The translations under genes and the position numbers were made by a program. From Laetmonice hystrix (taxonomy: Eukaryota), in assembly GCA_965235115.1 (NCBI GenBank), contig OZ249447.1:18352001-18416000 (forward strand): a DNA stretch of 64,000 bases. Reading direction: 5' to 3'. Below, in pieces: positions 25,285-38,919 of the stretch; the stretch's first letter is position 1, and every line of letters begins with the position of its first letter. The notes under the pieces are model-generated. The model ran no database searches, was not told the origin of the DNA, and saw only the letters and a list, made by a program, of their open reading frames with translations.

Positions 25285-27309
25285 TTCGTTGCACCTGTTA
25301 TACTATTGATCATTTTTGAATAAAATTGATAAATTATATAGAATTTGATGTGCGTTGTAAAACGTGAGCTCTTGCCCAAGTTTGACGCTTCTGATTAGCT
25401 GATCTAAGTAGACCAGGCAATCAGAAGTGTTAAAGTTTAAGCTTGAATTAAATCTTCAATTTTGAAAGACAAATATCGCAAGAAAGTAATATGTGATCAA
25501 ACAGGGAGAATGGGTGACATGATCAATAGTCGAATTTTAGCGCAATGATTTCAACTGGACACGATATTAGAGTAGTAAATATCGCGATAATAACCTTAAA
25601 GTAAGCAGGTCATATCAATTGAATTTTCGGCAATGCACAGAAATGTTGCTGGTTCCGAGGATTGATGCCGATCATAAATTTGAGTTCACTTGACGTTCAA
25701 GAATCGTGAAAAGACCATGGGCAGTAGATAGTATCCACAAGAATACGGCAGAAGTTATTAGGTTCTTGTCCGCTGGGGTATCAGCACAGATCACCATGTA
25801 CTCAATACGACAGTCTGGGTCACAGACTGTATCAAACCATTCTGATGTATGTTCAGAGCTGGGCCAAGTCAGAGTCTTTATTCTTGGCTGGACAATTTGT
25901 CATCCAGTTCAGACGTGATTCTCACAGATGTAGAGTTTTGTAGAACGGGACAGTTTAAGTCTTCAGGAAGCAATATTTCTAGGATACTGCAATATAACGG
26001 AGATATCGGATTTTGGGGGGCTTAGAAAGTTGACCCACTTTAGTTGATACGACTTCTATACCAGAAAATAAATTGATAACTATTCAAAAGATGATGAGAA
26101 ACAACATTTGCAGATTCTGAGAAGTGGTCTTTGTTTATTTATTTTGTTTTGTTTTGTTGACGTCCTACTCAGAAGGAACAGCAGGGTCCATTCGAGGGAA
26201 TCCGTTTGACTATTTGCAGAAACCATTGTACCATGATTGATAAAGACACCAACCAACCTTTCAGAAATTCGCTGACTCCCAACATGAGGGACAAAGGACA
26301 TTCCGGCTGCAATCAATAGGCCTTGTGGCCCTGTGATCACCAGCAAGAAACAAACTCAGACCACTAAAGTAAACCGCTTCGAAGAGTGTTGTTGGTCGTT
26401 TCTGGCCAAAGTAACATATTTTCCAAATGCATTAAATGCAATGCAATAAATTAAATAGAATTCGAATAACACTAAGCTCAGGGAAGATGGTTGGAAGACG
26501 CTTTCTTGGAATAATCTGCTAGTTAAGAACATTGAGATTGTCGTAAATCTTACTGCATTTATATAGAGGATGTATTTCCATTAAAACAGTCCCCTTAATG
26601 AAACTGCCATCTATATTGCTTCACTTAGCACCTCTTAAGGTTTTTAAAAGGAATTGGATCACGCCTTCAAAGATGAGACAAATTAAGTTTTAATTTGTTA
26701 AAACATAATTGCCAAGAGTGGAGGAGATTGTGGTTGGCATTTGGAGCCTGATGTTTTCTGTGCTGGAGTTTCAGTTCTGCTCTCTACAAAACAGTTTAGC
26801 ACAAAGTCTGCCACTGGTGAATCCATCCTTCTGATGAATTGGCTTATGAGAAAATTAGTCCCATTTGGAACTATGCCAGCAGTTGATGAATTGATTCTCT
26901 TCTTTATCTTGATAATACTAGTATCATTCACTCAAAGATTGATATTTAAGTCAAGCTTAAATCTAAGATCCATTGATAGAAAAAGAAGTTTATATATTGA
27001 TTCATGCTGGATTTATTAAGATGAATTTGTAATTTTGAAATTTCTCGTGACCTCGTAAAGTTGTGTTAACCAGGGGAGATAACACCTCAGATGATGACTT
27101 GATGATGTATTTAAATTAATACATTTTAAAATAACACAAATTTGGGAAGGTACCATGGAGTGGGAGATGGAAGGTATAGACCAGAAGTACCGTTGCATTC
27201 ATACCGGGAGCTATAGTGTGATATACAGGGTTACTACCATGGATTTACATATTATAGTGTGCAGGTGTACAATAAAAAATAAGTACAATGTATATGATAA
27301 GCTTTGTGC

Positions 27310-27700
27310 TTAGATTGGAGAAAGAAGAAAAAACGAAATGGGGGGAAAAACTATGCACACACCGTCACAGCTGGTGGGCAAGGAACAGGCCATTGATGGA
27401 GGGAAGAATAATGCGATTCCTAAGCTACACACTTGTACACCAGATGGTCGTTCATGACACGACTAGTTTTGCAGGGTGAAGATACAAGCCATGACCCTCA
27501 GTAGTAGTACATGGTTCGGCAACAGTAGGGGAGGCGTTGGTATGGATACACAGTGTATTATGGAAAGGTTGCGTGTGGAGAAGCAATGACTGGGTCTGGT
27601 GCGTTACGGAAGCAGGGACCGATCCACTCTGACGCCAGTCGCAACCATCCTGTATACCCACCAAGCCAAAGCACCCTACGGAAACCATCAATCAATTCCC
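27310..27700 (-). mobile_element. CR1-like 3' end remnant
   Basis: LPYCCRTMYYY and LFFPPS..SLP on the minus strand. Confidence 0.4.
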
Positions 27701-28152
27701 TTCGCCAGCAGCAAAGCTTATTTTGCCGTGTTCATGTATGGAGAATAATGAGAAATGCATCTAAATTAGAAATGGAATCAGGAATGGATGTGTAATGAAT
27801 TGCGTTTTTTTCCCTGCGGCTAGGCGGCATATATAACGATCCAAACGTACACGCGAGTCACTGCAATCCTGGCCCGAATTTCATATATCGTGGTCATATT
27901 TCTCCCTTTAAGCTTGGGGCATTTTTCTTGGCTGCTCTTTTCGTTTTTAATAAGCTAAAAATCTTGATACAAAAACATGGTCATGTAAGTCGCATAACAT
28001 TATTTCCGTATGCATAGGAGGCAAAGCGGGAAATTGTGGTTAGGCCAGTGGTGGGGGTATTAGTAAGGAATATTCACATTTTTCTACCGTGTTGTCTTTG
28101 CATTATTTGATGTGAAACAGAGAAGCGTTTCAGACTGGCCTTTGTGAGGAAT

Positions 28153-28351
28153 CGATGTGTTATGGTCGGATTCGATGTGTTATGGTCGGATTCGATGTGT
28201 TAAGGTGGGATTCGATGTGTTATGGTCGGATTCGATGTGTTATGGTCGGATTCGATGTGTTATGGTCGGATACGATGTGTTATGGTCGGATACGATGTGT
28301 TATGGTCGGATACGATGTGTTATGGTCGGATTCGATGTGTTATGGTCGGAT
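28153..28351. repeat. Minisatellite, 20-bp unit x about 10
   Basis: cgatgtgttatggtcggatt units. Confidence 0.95.
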
Positions 28352-28379
28352 AGAGCAGGCAGCGGCTCACATCAAACTC

Positions 28380-28850
28380 CGTCTACACTAACAGACCTCA
28401 CCATCTCCAGTTCTATTTACCAGTCCTTCCTCCATCTCGGCCCAGTTTGTTTGCAGTGGGCTTTGGAGTCTGTGTTCATTGATTCCTCGCCTCCTCAGCC
28501 CTTGGCGATGTTCTACAGTGATGCAGGTACTGTGGGCGGCTCACACAGATTGAGGCCAGTGACGGGGAAAGCAACACGTGAAATTTATGATAAGCCAAAG
28601 GACATAATGTTGGGCTATGCGACATGGCAGCTGATCCATGCTGGAGCAGCAAGCCGTGACTCAAACTATCGCTGTGTCCTTGGACATCAGTGTCATTCCG
28701 GCCCGCTGCCATATTGAACCCCTGGGAGGTGGCATTATACACTCAGCTCCACGACCAGTAATCGGGTCTTGAGCGCGATCAGACAAATCCCTTGGCAGGT
28801 TCCTGTCGCGGCAGCAACGACCCCAAAAAAAGAAGTTGTATTACAGAATT
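28380..28850 (+). mobile_element. Possible DIRS/Ngaro RNase H remnant
   Basis: ESVFIDSSPPQPLAMFYSDAG (F.D.....L.LYTDAS-like), TTSNRVLSAIRQ (S.S..IM.LLR-like). Confidence 0.4.
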
Positions 28851-29601
28851 GCAATGTGATGTTGTACCAGCATTGGTACCTCGTATCACCATCTCTTGTT
28901 GTACTCTTCGACGTGGCCCAAGTGGCCAATTAAACGCGTAGTGTGGAAGTTCTAGGATTGTGTCTGCCCACGCTGAGAATATCGGCTGGAGCGATGCAAG
29001 CAGCAGTCTGGAGCCAGCAGCCGTGATGTTTACAGGATGCATACGGAAGGAGAGGTTTGGTCATGTTTTATGGGTCTGTGGCACGGAATGTGACTGCTGC
29101 GTGTAGAGTGAGAGAGAGAGAGAGAGGCAGTCAGTTGATTTAGCCGTCGGTGGTCGGGAATCGGCAGTCTCGGCTAGCCGCCACTGATAGCCGCTAATGG
29201 CATATGTATGTATGTGAATATGTGGACTCGACCACTTATGCGCCGCCTTAACCAAAAAAACGAAATTTCTCATTTCGCAGTGCATGGTGATCGACGGTCA
29301 AACAGAGCTATCCACCAACGAAGAGGATGGTGATATGCAGGAATTGAGGGGGAAAAACCTGCTGTCTGCCTCGGAACAGAATTATTATTGAGATTTTTTT
29401 GTTATCAAATACACAGTGTAATGCAATTCGTTGTTGAGTCGCAGCAATGTGATTGATGCCAACAGAAATATAGCGCTATCTCCGAGGATTCAGATTGCTC
29501 TATTGACAGTATGGGTCAGACTGTAAGTAGTATATACCAAGGAGAGTGACGACCGCGAAGGGCAAGGTAAAATTGTCAACAGTGACAAACCTTCTTTAAA
29601 A

Positions 29602-29756
29602 ACTGGGGGATCCAGAGGGCAGAGAGCCCAGGCCCCCCTTAGATTTTCATTTTTTATGAAGATGCATTAGTACCGCCACAATCAAAGCATGCCTAGCGTA
29701 GCAAGGCTAACATTTTTTTAGGTGGCCCCCTTATCGAAAGCCTGGCTTCCCCACTG
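29602..29756. mobile_element. GGATCCAG-type MITE (copy 2, diverged)
   Basis: ctgggggatccagagg...cctggcttccccactg. Confidence 0.55.
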
Positions 29757-31060
29757 TTAAAATATCTTTTCCTGTTGTCAATAGACTATTTAAATTAGAT
29801 CATCAGGTGATTCCTTATTGTATGTCTTTGTAGGATGGGGTTGGGGGAGAATCGACTCAGGACTAACTGAGTCCCAGTGATTGTCCCGATATCGGAGTTT
29901 CTGGTGGAACTGATCTGGTGTTTGTTGATCCACGAAAGGACTGCTAGAACTGTTGACTTGTGCCCCTAAACAGGAGCGGTTGGCTCAGCTGTGCTGCTTG
30001 TTCTGTGCTAAGCCATGGAGGGTCTAGTTCTTGTGCTCAGCAATCGCTGGCAGAGTTGGTCTGGTTTCCGCGCTCCTCAGAGTGGGATACGCTCCTTTGG
30101 ATTGACTGGTACTCAGCCGGAAAAGTGTTCCAAGAGCCGCTTTTTGAAGCAGCTTAACGGGCAACTGTTGATGATCAGCCTTTGATTGACTGGAATGAAT
30201 GAGTCACTGACTCTTAAGCCACAGGTCCTCGAGTCCCCTGAGCCATTCACCCAGCGGGCCGCCAGAGCCAGGCAGACAGACAAACAGGCAGGCAGGCGGG
30301 CCGAGGGGACATTGATTTCGGAAGTGACATGATGCAGTCGCCAGCCAGCTTTGGTGAGGTGGAGGGAGTCGAAGGGAAAGCCACGACATTATCTCACTGC
30401 TTGGCCTCGACATCATTGCTGGTTATGGCAGCAAGAGAGATTAAGGAGGGACTTTTCATTATTTATATTCGCCGACATGTCCCCAGGGTCAGTCAGAGGT
30501 AAAGATTACTCCAGCGACTCCGGATAGCAATAATTAGGTTCGTGTTCTGATTACTGGGATGTGTATATGTGACCAAGCTAAGTCAGTGTGGATGCCGAGC
30601 AGGGTCCTGCCTTAGTTCTGTTAATTGTTGGGCACTTCGAAAATGTCTATCATTGATTCATATTATCTACTCTTGTAAAAAAGACCGTATTGTGATGGTA
30701 GTACTAGTACGCACGTAACTTGACATGTCCCTTGCGTGATTTACAGTATTGATCTCAGGGGCCAGTGGAAAACAGGTTAACATTGACCACAGTCAGTGAA
30801 TCAGCGTGGTAGACTGTGCCAATGTTCGTGGGGTGGAAGCTGGTGTGACTGCCACTGTGGTATCGATGGTTGTAGGAGAAATTGAGGCCGATCCTTGCAA
30901 GTTAATAGAAACCATTAATCCATTTAAAATTGAGGTTGAGTGTTCTTCAAAAGCATACATATGTTACCATTAAAAGTATGGTTTTGTTATTAAATTTGTT
31001 TAGACCTGTAGTTAATACCAGCTTATATATGACGACTCTACAGATCAAATAATTTCATAC

Positions 31061-31400
31061 CTATACCCTAAGTTTTAAATGCGTGTTTTTACGGAATTTT
31101 ATTCTAGAATCTTGATATCCTTCTATGAAAGCGATAGAAAGGATTATCAAAAGGAAAGACGAAGAGGCTGCATAAATACTAGTAGTGAGCAGGCAGTGGG
31201 CATGAACCCTGAATCCATTTGCAGCGAGTTGTTTTGCTATCAGCGTGGGTTTTATTTTATAGCTCCACGCTAAATATGCAGGAACAGTAGGCACCAAGCC
31301 ATAATTCATCCTTGGCGTCGGGAGTTCATGTGTGGTCTGGTGGCTGAGTGGCTGTCCGTACACGTCTTACACAGTCTGCCTTGTGGGGATCTTCGGTCAC
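31061..31400 (-). mobile_element. CR1-like 3' end remnant
   Basis: MNYGLVPTVPAYL (VNGLV.IP..YL-like), TSIYAASSSF. Confidence 0.4.
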
Positions 31401-33080
31401 TCTCAATAGGCCTTGGTGCCTCCAACGCCTGCAGAGAGACTGCCCAGTCGTTATCCACTTCTAGACAGCCTTTTATATCGAGGTCACACGTGTTCAGGTT
31501 AAATACGTGAATTAGAGAAATCGGATTCTACGGAACCACTGTGAGGAAGGGCAAGAAATTCCGGGTGATTTTGGCCTGAACATGCCCCAGCCGCCACCCC
31601 CCTGGGCGGCTCGATAGATAATCAGGTGTGATCTGTTTGATGTAGACGGATGTGCGATCCATCTGAATTAGTTTGAGAGGGTGAGGACAGCAGTTGGTGG
31701 TGCTGACCCGATGTGAGGGGAGAAGATGGGTACACGGAGGGTGGACGTGATGGATGAGGTGTAGAGGTTGGGGCCGGAGTGAGAGTTTCTGGGGTCCGGC
31801 GGTACCTGCCGAGGTACAAATACCTGCCAGCAGGGGTAGTGACTGATGTCAGATACAAGTGGGGTGGAGTCGTTGTGAATGTCGAAACACTCAATCGAGT
31901 AGCAGCGGAGCAGATCCCAGAGTAACCCGGCTCACACAGAACGTCATAGAAACGTTTTATTCGTACATTATGACGTTCTAGTGACGGTTTACAACATTCT
32001 TTGCTATATAGCTTGGAAGTCCCGCGAATGTATCTGTCATTAAGAATCAATCTTTTATATGTTGAACGGGTAGGTATGTAAGTACAGGTGAGGGCTATTT
32101 GTGAAGATTTATAAACATAACATATAGCTATGTACACAGTTGACGTTCAGCAGTGTTGATGGCCGTGGCGGAGGGCGCTGGCAACATGTAACGAGTACAT
32201 AGTTGTGGAGGGCGTGGTGGCTCGGATTCAGACTGGAGGCCGCCGGGTCGGAGTGGGTTTGACGTAATACTGGTTATTACGTGGGGAGCAGAGCTGGAGG
32301 AAGAAGGAGAAGAGTGCAATAAGAAGTGGTGGATGGTAGTTTTTGCACGACTCGAGCTGGACTAGACTGGGTGGGAATATGGTGAAGAACTCCCCATGGT
32401 GTTTGACACATTCTGTAGGGTAGACGATAACGGACCCAACAGGCCTTGGCGTTTTTATCGCTCCACCGTCCTCGTAGATAAAGAGGGGTGAGGAAACAGG
32501 CCTCCCGTATAACACCCCCACCCCACACCACACCCACCCCCTGTGGATGAGCCACTGGTCCCTCATGTCAATCCCGACCTGGTGGGGGCTCCTGTCCAAC
32601 GTCGTGCACTGCTCACAATTTATCATAGAGAATTGCTCATCGGGAGTGGTCATAAGATAATATGTTTAGTAAGGGCATACTCTATCATACTGACTGCGTC
32701 AGCTGCATGTTGGGGCCCATATCTCTGCCGAGCTGTACGTGCAGACCAGGCTTTAGGCATACCCGTGGTATCAGCCGGGTGAAATACCGGGGTTGATTCT
32801 TATAGGTGAAAACCAATCCAGGAATCCAGATATTCACTTGGCAGCTGAGGCCCAAGATTATATTAATGTTCATATTTGCAGTTATTATGATTACTTGCAG
32901 AATTCTCAGATTCTCCCCATCTTCTTTCATTCAGCATGTGATTATCATGTAAAGTAAATTAATCATTTATTTACCACTTTCATTTCTAGTTTTAATCCTA
33001 AAACTGCATACACTATTTGATATTTATAAGAATGTCTAATCGCCAATTGAGTTAGACGGGTGACAGTTTGAGCGAGCTCT

Positions 33081-33631
33081 GAGATTTGGCTGCAAGTTAA
33101 CCTTGCCCGGACCGACACAGTGAGATTTGGCTGCAAGTTAACCTTGCCCGGACCGACACAGTGAGATTTGGCTGCAAGTTAACCTTGCCCGGACCGACAC
33201 AGTGAGATTTGGCTCCAGGTTAACCTTGCCCGGACCGACACAGTGAGATTTGGCTGCAAGTTAACCTTGCCCGGACCAACACAGTGAGATTTGGCTCCAA
33301 GTTAACCTTGCCCGGACCGACACAGTGGGATTTGGCTCCAAGTTAACCTTGCCCGGACCGACACAGTGAGATTTGGCTGCAAGTTAACCTTGCCCGGACC
33401 GACACAGTGAGATTTGGCTGCAAGTTAACCTTGCCCATTTGGCTGCAAGTTAACCTTGCCCGGACCGACTCAGTGAGATTTGGCTCCAAGTTAACCTTGC
33501 CTGGACCGACACAGTGAGATTTGGCTGCAAGTTAACCTTGCCCGGACCGACACAGTGAGGTTTGGCTGCAAGTTAACCTTGCCCAGACCGACACAGTGAG
33601 ATTTGGCTGCAAGTTAACCTTGCCCGGACCG
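33081..33631. repeat. Minisatellite, 41-bp unit x about 14
   Basis: gagatttggctgcaagttaaccttgcccggaccgacacagt. Confidence 0.95.
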
Positions 33632-36600
33632 AACATCTAACACGGCCTCCCCAGTCGCGGCAGGCTCGATCAGGCCGCCGGAAGGGAGAAAGGGCGTCAA
33701 TATTGGTGCTCAATCAGCAGCAGTGAAATCAAGAGGAAACATCCAGGAAGATTTATACCGTCTCCAGCCCGTCCTCAGAGACCAGACCGAAGACCAAGAC
33801 CCGACACACAGCTTTTATAACCTTTGTCAGCAGTCGTCAATCTAGGGCCCAAAAAATAGCAGAACCTTTTTGAGAACGTGTCAGAATCAAAGTCGTAAAC
33901 TATGGACTTAGACGGGAGATGAAGCAAAGATTCATCTTTATCAATCCAGTAATCTTTACAGATCGGACGGCTTGAGACCAGAGAGTCGAACTCAAGGTCC
34001 CTGATCAATTACGGCAGAAATCGCGTTCTCATTCTCCACTGAGAGAAATATGAGATCTTAGTCGGATGTGGGGATTCGGGAGCGAGTAGAGGACAAGTAG
34101 TTTCCATATAGCAATCAATATTGCATGAGTTGTATTTAATTAGTTATATATAAAAAAGATTAGCGTATCTGCATATATCTGTAATATATTATTCAGCAAC
34201 TTCAAGGTTTAATGTGAAATATCCGTGTGTCTTGTGTCCATGACGAAGAGAACTATACACCTTGGCTTCTGACCTCAGTTTCTGGCAGCAAAACTCCAAC
34301 ATATACAGAATTTTTGTTCCTGATAGCCAGAGAGCTCGCATTACATATCAGTTAGAGATAAACAGGAGCACAGCTGTTGGTGTGCTGGCCTTAATTTGAG
34401 GTAAACTTGGCCCTTGGAGCTCAAAACGCCCTGTGGGGGTCGCGTGCCGCACTGACGGTCATCGTAGCCGGGGGTCAGGGGGCAGTGGCAATCATTCAGC
34501 CGACGGCGGGGGTCAGTTGTCTGAGGGGTACCGTCTGAGGCCCTGTCGTAATTATGATGGACACCAGCGGAGGAATTTTTTGATGTACCGATCTTGGTTT
34601 GGTATTGGGAGGAGGAAGTTATAACGCAATCAAAGTGGCAGATATGAATGCCAAATGGCGGCCTTCAAAAGGTGTCCGCGGCGGATCGTAATGGAGCGAT
34701 GGTAGGGGTTATTGGATAGGGGTCAGGAAGGGGCAGATTAACGAAATGCTTCTCACAATCCGGGATCGGGATTTAAGTGAAGCTGGTGCCGGTGACTTGA
34801 ATCTTCCCGTGATCTCGCGGGTGTCCAGGAAGGATGGATGGAAAAGGCGGCTTGCTGTCAACCTCTCAGCTCGTCAAGGTGCCGACAGCTCGGAGACCCT
34901 GTGAAACATCTCGGGGACCCTCCGTATCGGCCACCTATCGTCTTACTACGGATCGACTCCAGCTGAGACCGGCCGCATTTAGGGCACAGCACAATGCCCT
35001 CATTCTGTGGCACTGTGCACCAGGGGGTTTATGACAGTACAGTGGTACTGGAATGGGGACTACCATAAATAATTGTATTTACTGCTAGTGCTGCAGCCCT
35101 GACGCACACAGTGACTCATGTAAGCTTCCAGATAGTGGTGGTGGATGATGGGCACAGACTCTTCAATGTAGCGTTCAGCATGACGTGAACATATTCCGTG
35201 GGATTATTTTGGGGGATGGTCTCACAGGGATGCCCAGACTGGAGACTCATTGCTACCCGTCCCTGTCCTTCTCCTTCTCCTCCCTCCCGGCTGATGGATG
35301 TGGGAAATAAATTCTGCACTCCCTATCTCTGTAATTCAGTCGTTGGTGGCACCCGAGGGATTTGAAAGGGGCCTGGCACCAGAACCTCCAGTTACATGTT
35401 CGTCAAGTAGGGACTCACCAGGAAGCTTGCTTCAAGACAAGCAATTCCCAGGGTGGACTTCTTTCCCCGTTCTGCCTCGTTTTCCTTTCTGTGCTAAAGC
35501 TGCAGCAGATTCGTTTTGCTCTTCAGAAATGTTAGTAGATGGCCAAAATAAGATGAGGGAAAGGCATGAGCTATGTGGGGGATGTCTCAGGGCTCACCCC
35601 GTGAGCGGGCCACCTTTTAGGTCGCCACGAGTCTGGAAGACGGCCCTGGAAGGTGCCGCTGACGGCAGGCCGTGGAGTATGTCCAGAGTCGGAGAATGTC
35701 TGTGCCCAATCTCTGGGGCGTTGCTGACATGGTGATTATGGCACAGAATACAGGCGTTGATAGCAGTCTGCTGTACATCTGGAATGATTCTCTCATAAAG
35801 TGATTAGCGATGGAAGTGTTAATGCAACCCCACGCAGGACGCACCACTCTAACCATTGATCTGATGAGCACATTCCACGAGGACATCTAGACGAACCCCT
35901 GCAAGGTGGCTTAGATTAAGGCAAAGATTATGGACTGATTAAGGTGACCCCACGCTGGCTCTGTTACAGATACGGAGAACCCGATAATCTCTAAGGGAAT
36001 GCTGACCGACTGGTCAGTGTATGAAGGCATAGAACGAGAGTGACCATGGTTTAGTTCCATGATGAAGGCAAGATGTTTGCTCAGCCGGGGACACAATCAA
36101 TGAACACACAATCATGCACACACAGATCGGAGTGGAGCTCGTAGAAAATGTTGGTGCCGGTGTCACATAGAATACCTACCCCCCCTCCAATATAATACTC
36201 ACCCCCAGTAGGTATTATCTAGATATAATAATGACCTCCCCAGTCAATATTATGTAGATAATAGAGTCCCTCCTTATAAATCTACCCCGCTTCGTATTCG
36301 ACGGTCCGTTTCAGCAGCAGTATCAAGCAATCTTTCCCTTTCAAAAGTCCTCTCAAAATTATGTCAGAGGGTGGTTATTATCAAGATAATAATTATCCCC
36401 GGGGTACATATTGAAATTGACCGGTCGGTATGTTTGTGTCAGACCGGAGTGTACCAGAATAGGAGGTTAGATATTACATGGGACACCGGTACAGATGCCA
36501 GACATTAAAGTCTAAATGATAAATTGCTGTTGGTATCTCTTGGTTCTGTCCCTTTATTTCACAGAATTATTTAAATTCCATAGAAATTCATACCAAGGTG

Positions 36601-36679
36601 TTTTACAAACAAGATAGTGTAAGAACGCCTACCGTTTCTCACAGTACTTTATCAGCCCCATTTTATTCGTCGCTCTCAT

Positions 36680-37240
36680 TCACTGAGTCCTATATTGCAA
36701 CTTTGTGACCGACCGTGTGACATTATAGACAAATAACAGGTCTTTGATTCCATGTGGCAGCACGCCCCCAGAGTATCCGGTCCATTTGCTGGTTTCCAGT
36801 GTGAATATCAACATTGTTCGGGTGTCGGATGGTCCAACGGGAAGCACAAGAAAAGCTTTGTGTGAGCGGATACAAGACACTCAAATGTCCGATTCACTTG
36901 AGATAAATCTAATGTCAACAGGATCGGACCGACCACACCACCTTGTATGCTGCCTTCTGTCACCGTCTGAGTGGCGTTAATCGTACTCCCGACAGATCCA
37001 GCCTGAAGGCTGCCTGCATGGGCTCCTTTCCTGGTTCTATATGTAGCGTTTTTAAAGCGATGTTTGTGTTTATAAGAATTGCGAGGACATAGGACGGGAC
37101 ACAGTGACATTTCCTGTGGGACAGTGTTTGGTCCAGAGAAGTTGGGTGACCGAGGTCTGACACCAATTTTAGAAAATGGGCATTTGGGTGTTGGGTGGGA
37201 TGTTTTGGTCGACAACTTGGAAAAAGCAGGTCACTCTGAG
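36680..37240 (-). mobile_element. Degenerate CR1-like RT core remnant
   Basis: FSKLSTKTSH (FSKAFD.V.H), FLKLVSDLG, LSHRKCHCV, VTEGSIQGGVVGPIL (VPQGSVLGP), SAHTKLF (ADDTKL), ATWNQRP across frameshifts. Confidence 0.65.
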
Positions 37241-37482
37241 GGGACAAAGGATTGGTCTTTTTGATGGACAGTTTTTATTCAATGTATCACAATAAAGTCT
37301 AAGTACTAACAAACGAAGCCAAGAAACTGATCAATAAACAGAAGTTAAGTTTATTAGCTAAGACGAAAAGGCTGGTAAGAATGATGGAAAATTCATTATT
37401 TACGAAAGAGTCTGGTTATAATAAAGAAACGGCAGCAAAGGAAGTGGGAGTATTGAGAATGAAATAAATGCTGACAATTTAC

Positions 37483-38912
37483 TACATGTACATACCAGGA
37501 AGGGGTGAAAATGTCTGTTAGCAGTCCAGTAAGCGTGGCTTTGCCTTTGATGATGTTGAAGTTTCTACATGTACATACCAGGAGGGGGTGAAAATGTCTG
37601 TTGGCGGTAAGTGTGGCTTTGCCTTGGATGATGTTGAAGTTACTACACGTACATACCAGGAGGGGTGAAAATGTCTGTTGGCGGTAAGTGTGGCTTTGCC
37701 TTGGATGATGTTGAAGTTACTACACGTACATACCAGGAGGGGTGAAAATGTCTGTTAGCAGTAAGTGTGGCTTTGCCTTGGATGATGTTGAAGTTACTAC
37801 ACGTACATACCAGGAGGGGTGAAAATGTCTGTTAGCAGTAAGTGTGGCTTTGCCTTGGATGATGTTGAAGTTACTACACGTACATACCAGGAGGGGTGAA
37901 AATGTCTGTTAGCAGTAAGTGTGGGTAAGTGTGGCTTTGCCTTGGATGATGTTGAAGTCACTACACGTATACATACCAGGAGGAGGTGAAAATGTCTGTT
38001 AGCAGTAAGTGTGGGTAAGTGTGGCTTTGCCTTGGATGATGTTGAAGTTACTACACGTACATACCAGGAGGAGGTGAAAATGTCTGTTAGCAGTAAGTGT
38101 GGGTAAGTGTGGCTTTGCCTTGGATGATGTTGAAGTTACTACACGTACATACCAGGAGGGGTGAAAATGTCTGTTAGCAGTAAGTGTGGGTAAGTGTGGC
38201 TTTGCCTTGGATGATGTTGAAGCCACTACACGTACATACCAGGAGGGGTGAAAATGTCTGTTAGCAGTAAGTGTGGGTAAGTGTGGCTTTGCCTTGGATG
38301 ATGTTGAAGCCACTACACGTACATACCAGGAGGGGTGAAAATGTCTGTTAGCAGTAAGTGTGGGTAAGTGTGGCTTTGCCTTGGATGATGTTGAAGCCAC
38401 TACACGTACATACCAGGAGGGGTGAAAATGTCTGTTAGCAGTAAGTGTGGGTAAGTGTGGCTTTGCCTTGGATGATGTTGAAGCCACTACACGTACATAC
38501 CAGGAGGGGTGAAAATGTCTGTTAGCAGTAAGTGTGGGTAAGTGTGGCTTTGCCTTGGATGATGTTGAAGTTACGGTACTACACGTACATACCAGGAGGG
38601 GGTGAAAATATCTGTTAGCAGTAAGTGTGGGTAAGTGTGGCTTTGCCTTGGATGATGTTGAAGTCACTACACGTATACATACCAGGAGGGGTGAAAATGT
38701 CTGTTAGCAGTAAGTGTGGGTAAGTGTGGCTTTGCCTTGGATGATGCTGAAGTTTTTCTACATGTACATACCAGGAGGGGTGAAAATGTCTGTTAGCAGT
38801 AAGTGTGGGTAAGTGTGGCTTTGCCTTGGATGATGTTGAAGTCACTACACGTACACATACCAGGAGGGGTGAAAATGTCTGTTAGAAGTTAGCGTGGCTT
38901 TGCCTTGGATGA
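37483..38912. repeat. Minisatellite, about 17 units; 77-bp units on the left, about 87-bp units (internal 10-bp duplication) on the right
   Basis: gtgaaaatgtctgttagca(gtaagtgtgg)1-2ctttgccttggatgatgttgaagttactacacgtacataccaggaggg. Confidence 0.95.
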
Positions 38913-38919
38913 TATACTA

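Noticed and set aside
28157-28351. Repetitive N-terminus of the 186-aa ORF
   Set aside because: Translation of the 20-bp minisatellite (60-bp in-frame period).
31079-31273. ORF resembling a Cys-containing terminal exon
   Set aside because: It is the antisense shadow of a CR1 3' remnant (NYGLVP..PAYL on the minus strand).
33081-33631. CRISPR-like appearance of the 41-, 49-, 61- and 87-bp arrays
   Set aside because: Units are head-to-tail with no unique spacers, there are no cas genes, and the context is eukaryotic.
33775-34060. Minus-strand acceptor plus a protein-like 77-aa ORF
   Set aside because: All three frames from the acceptor stop early (a TAA lies directly before the ORF); no recognisable family.
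34391-34406. Spliced-leader-like TTTGAG|GTAAAC
   Set aside because: Only a short match; no Sm site or stem-loops follow.
37999-38667. 222-aa repetitive ORF on the minus strand
   Set aside because: Artefact of an 87-bp (multiple-of-3) minisatellite with no stop in one frame; no splice or start context.
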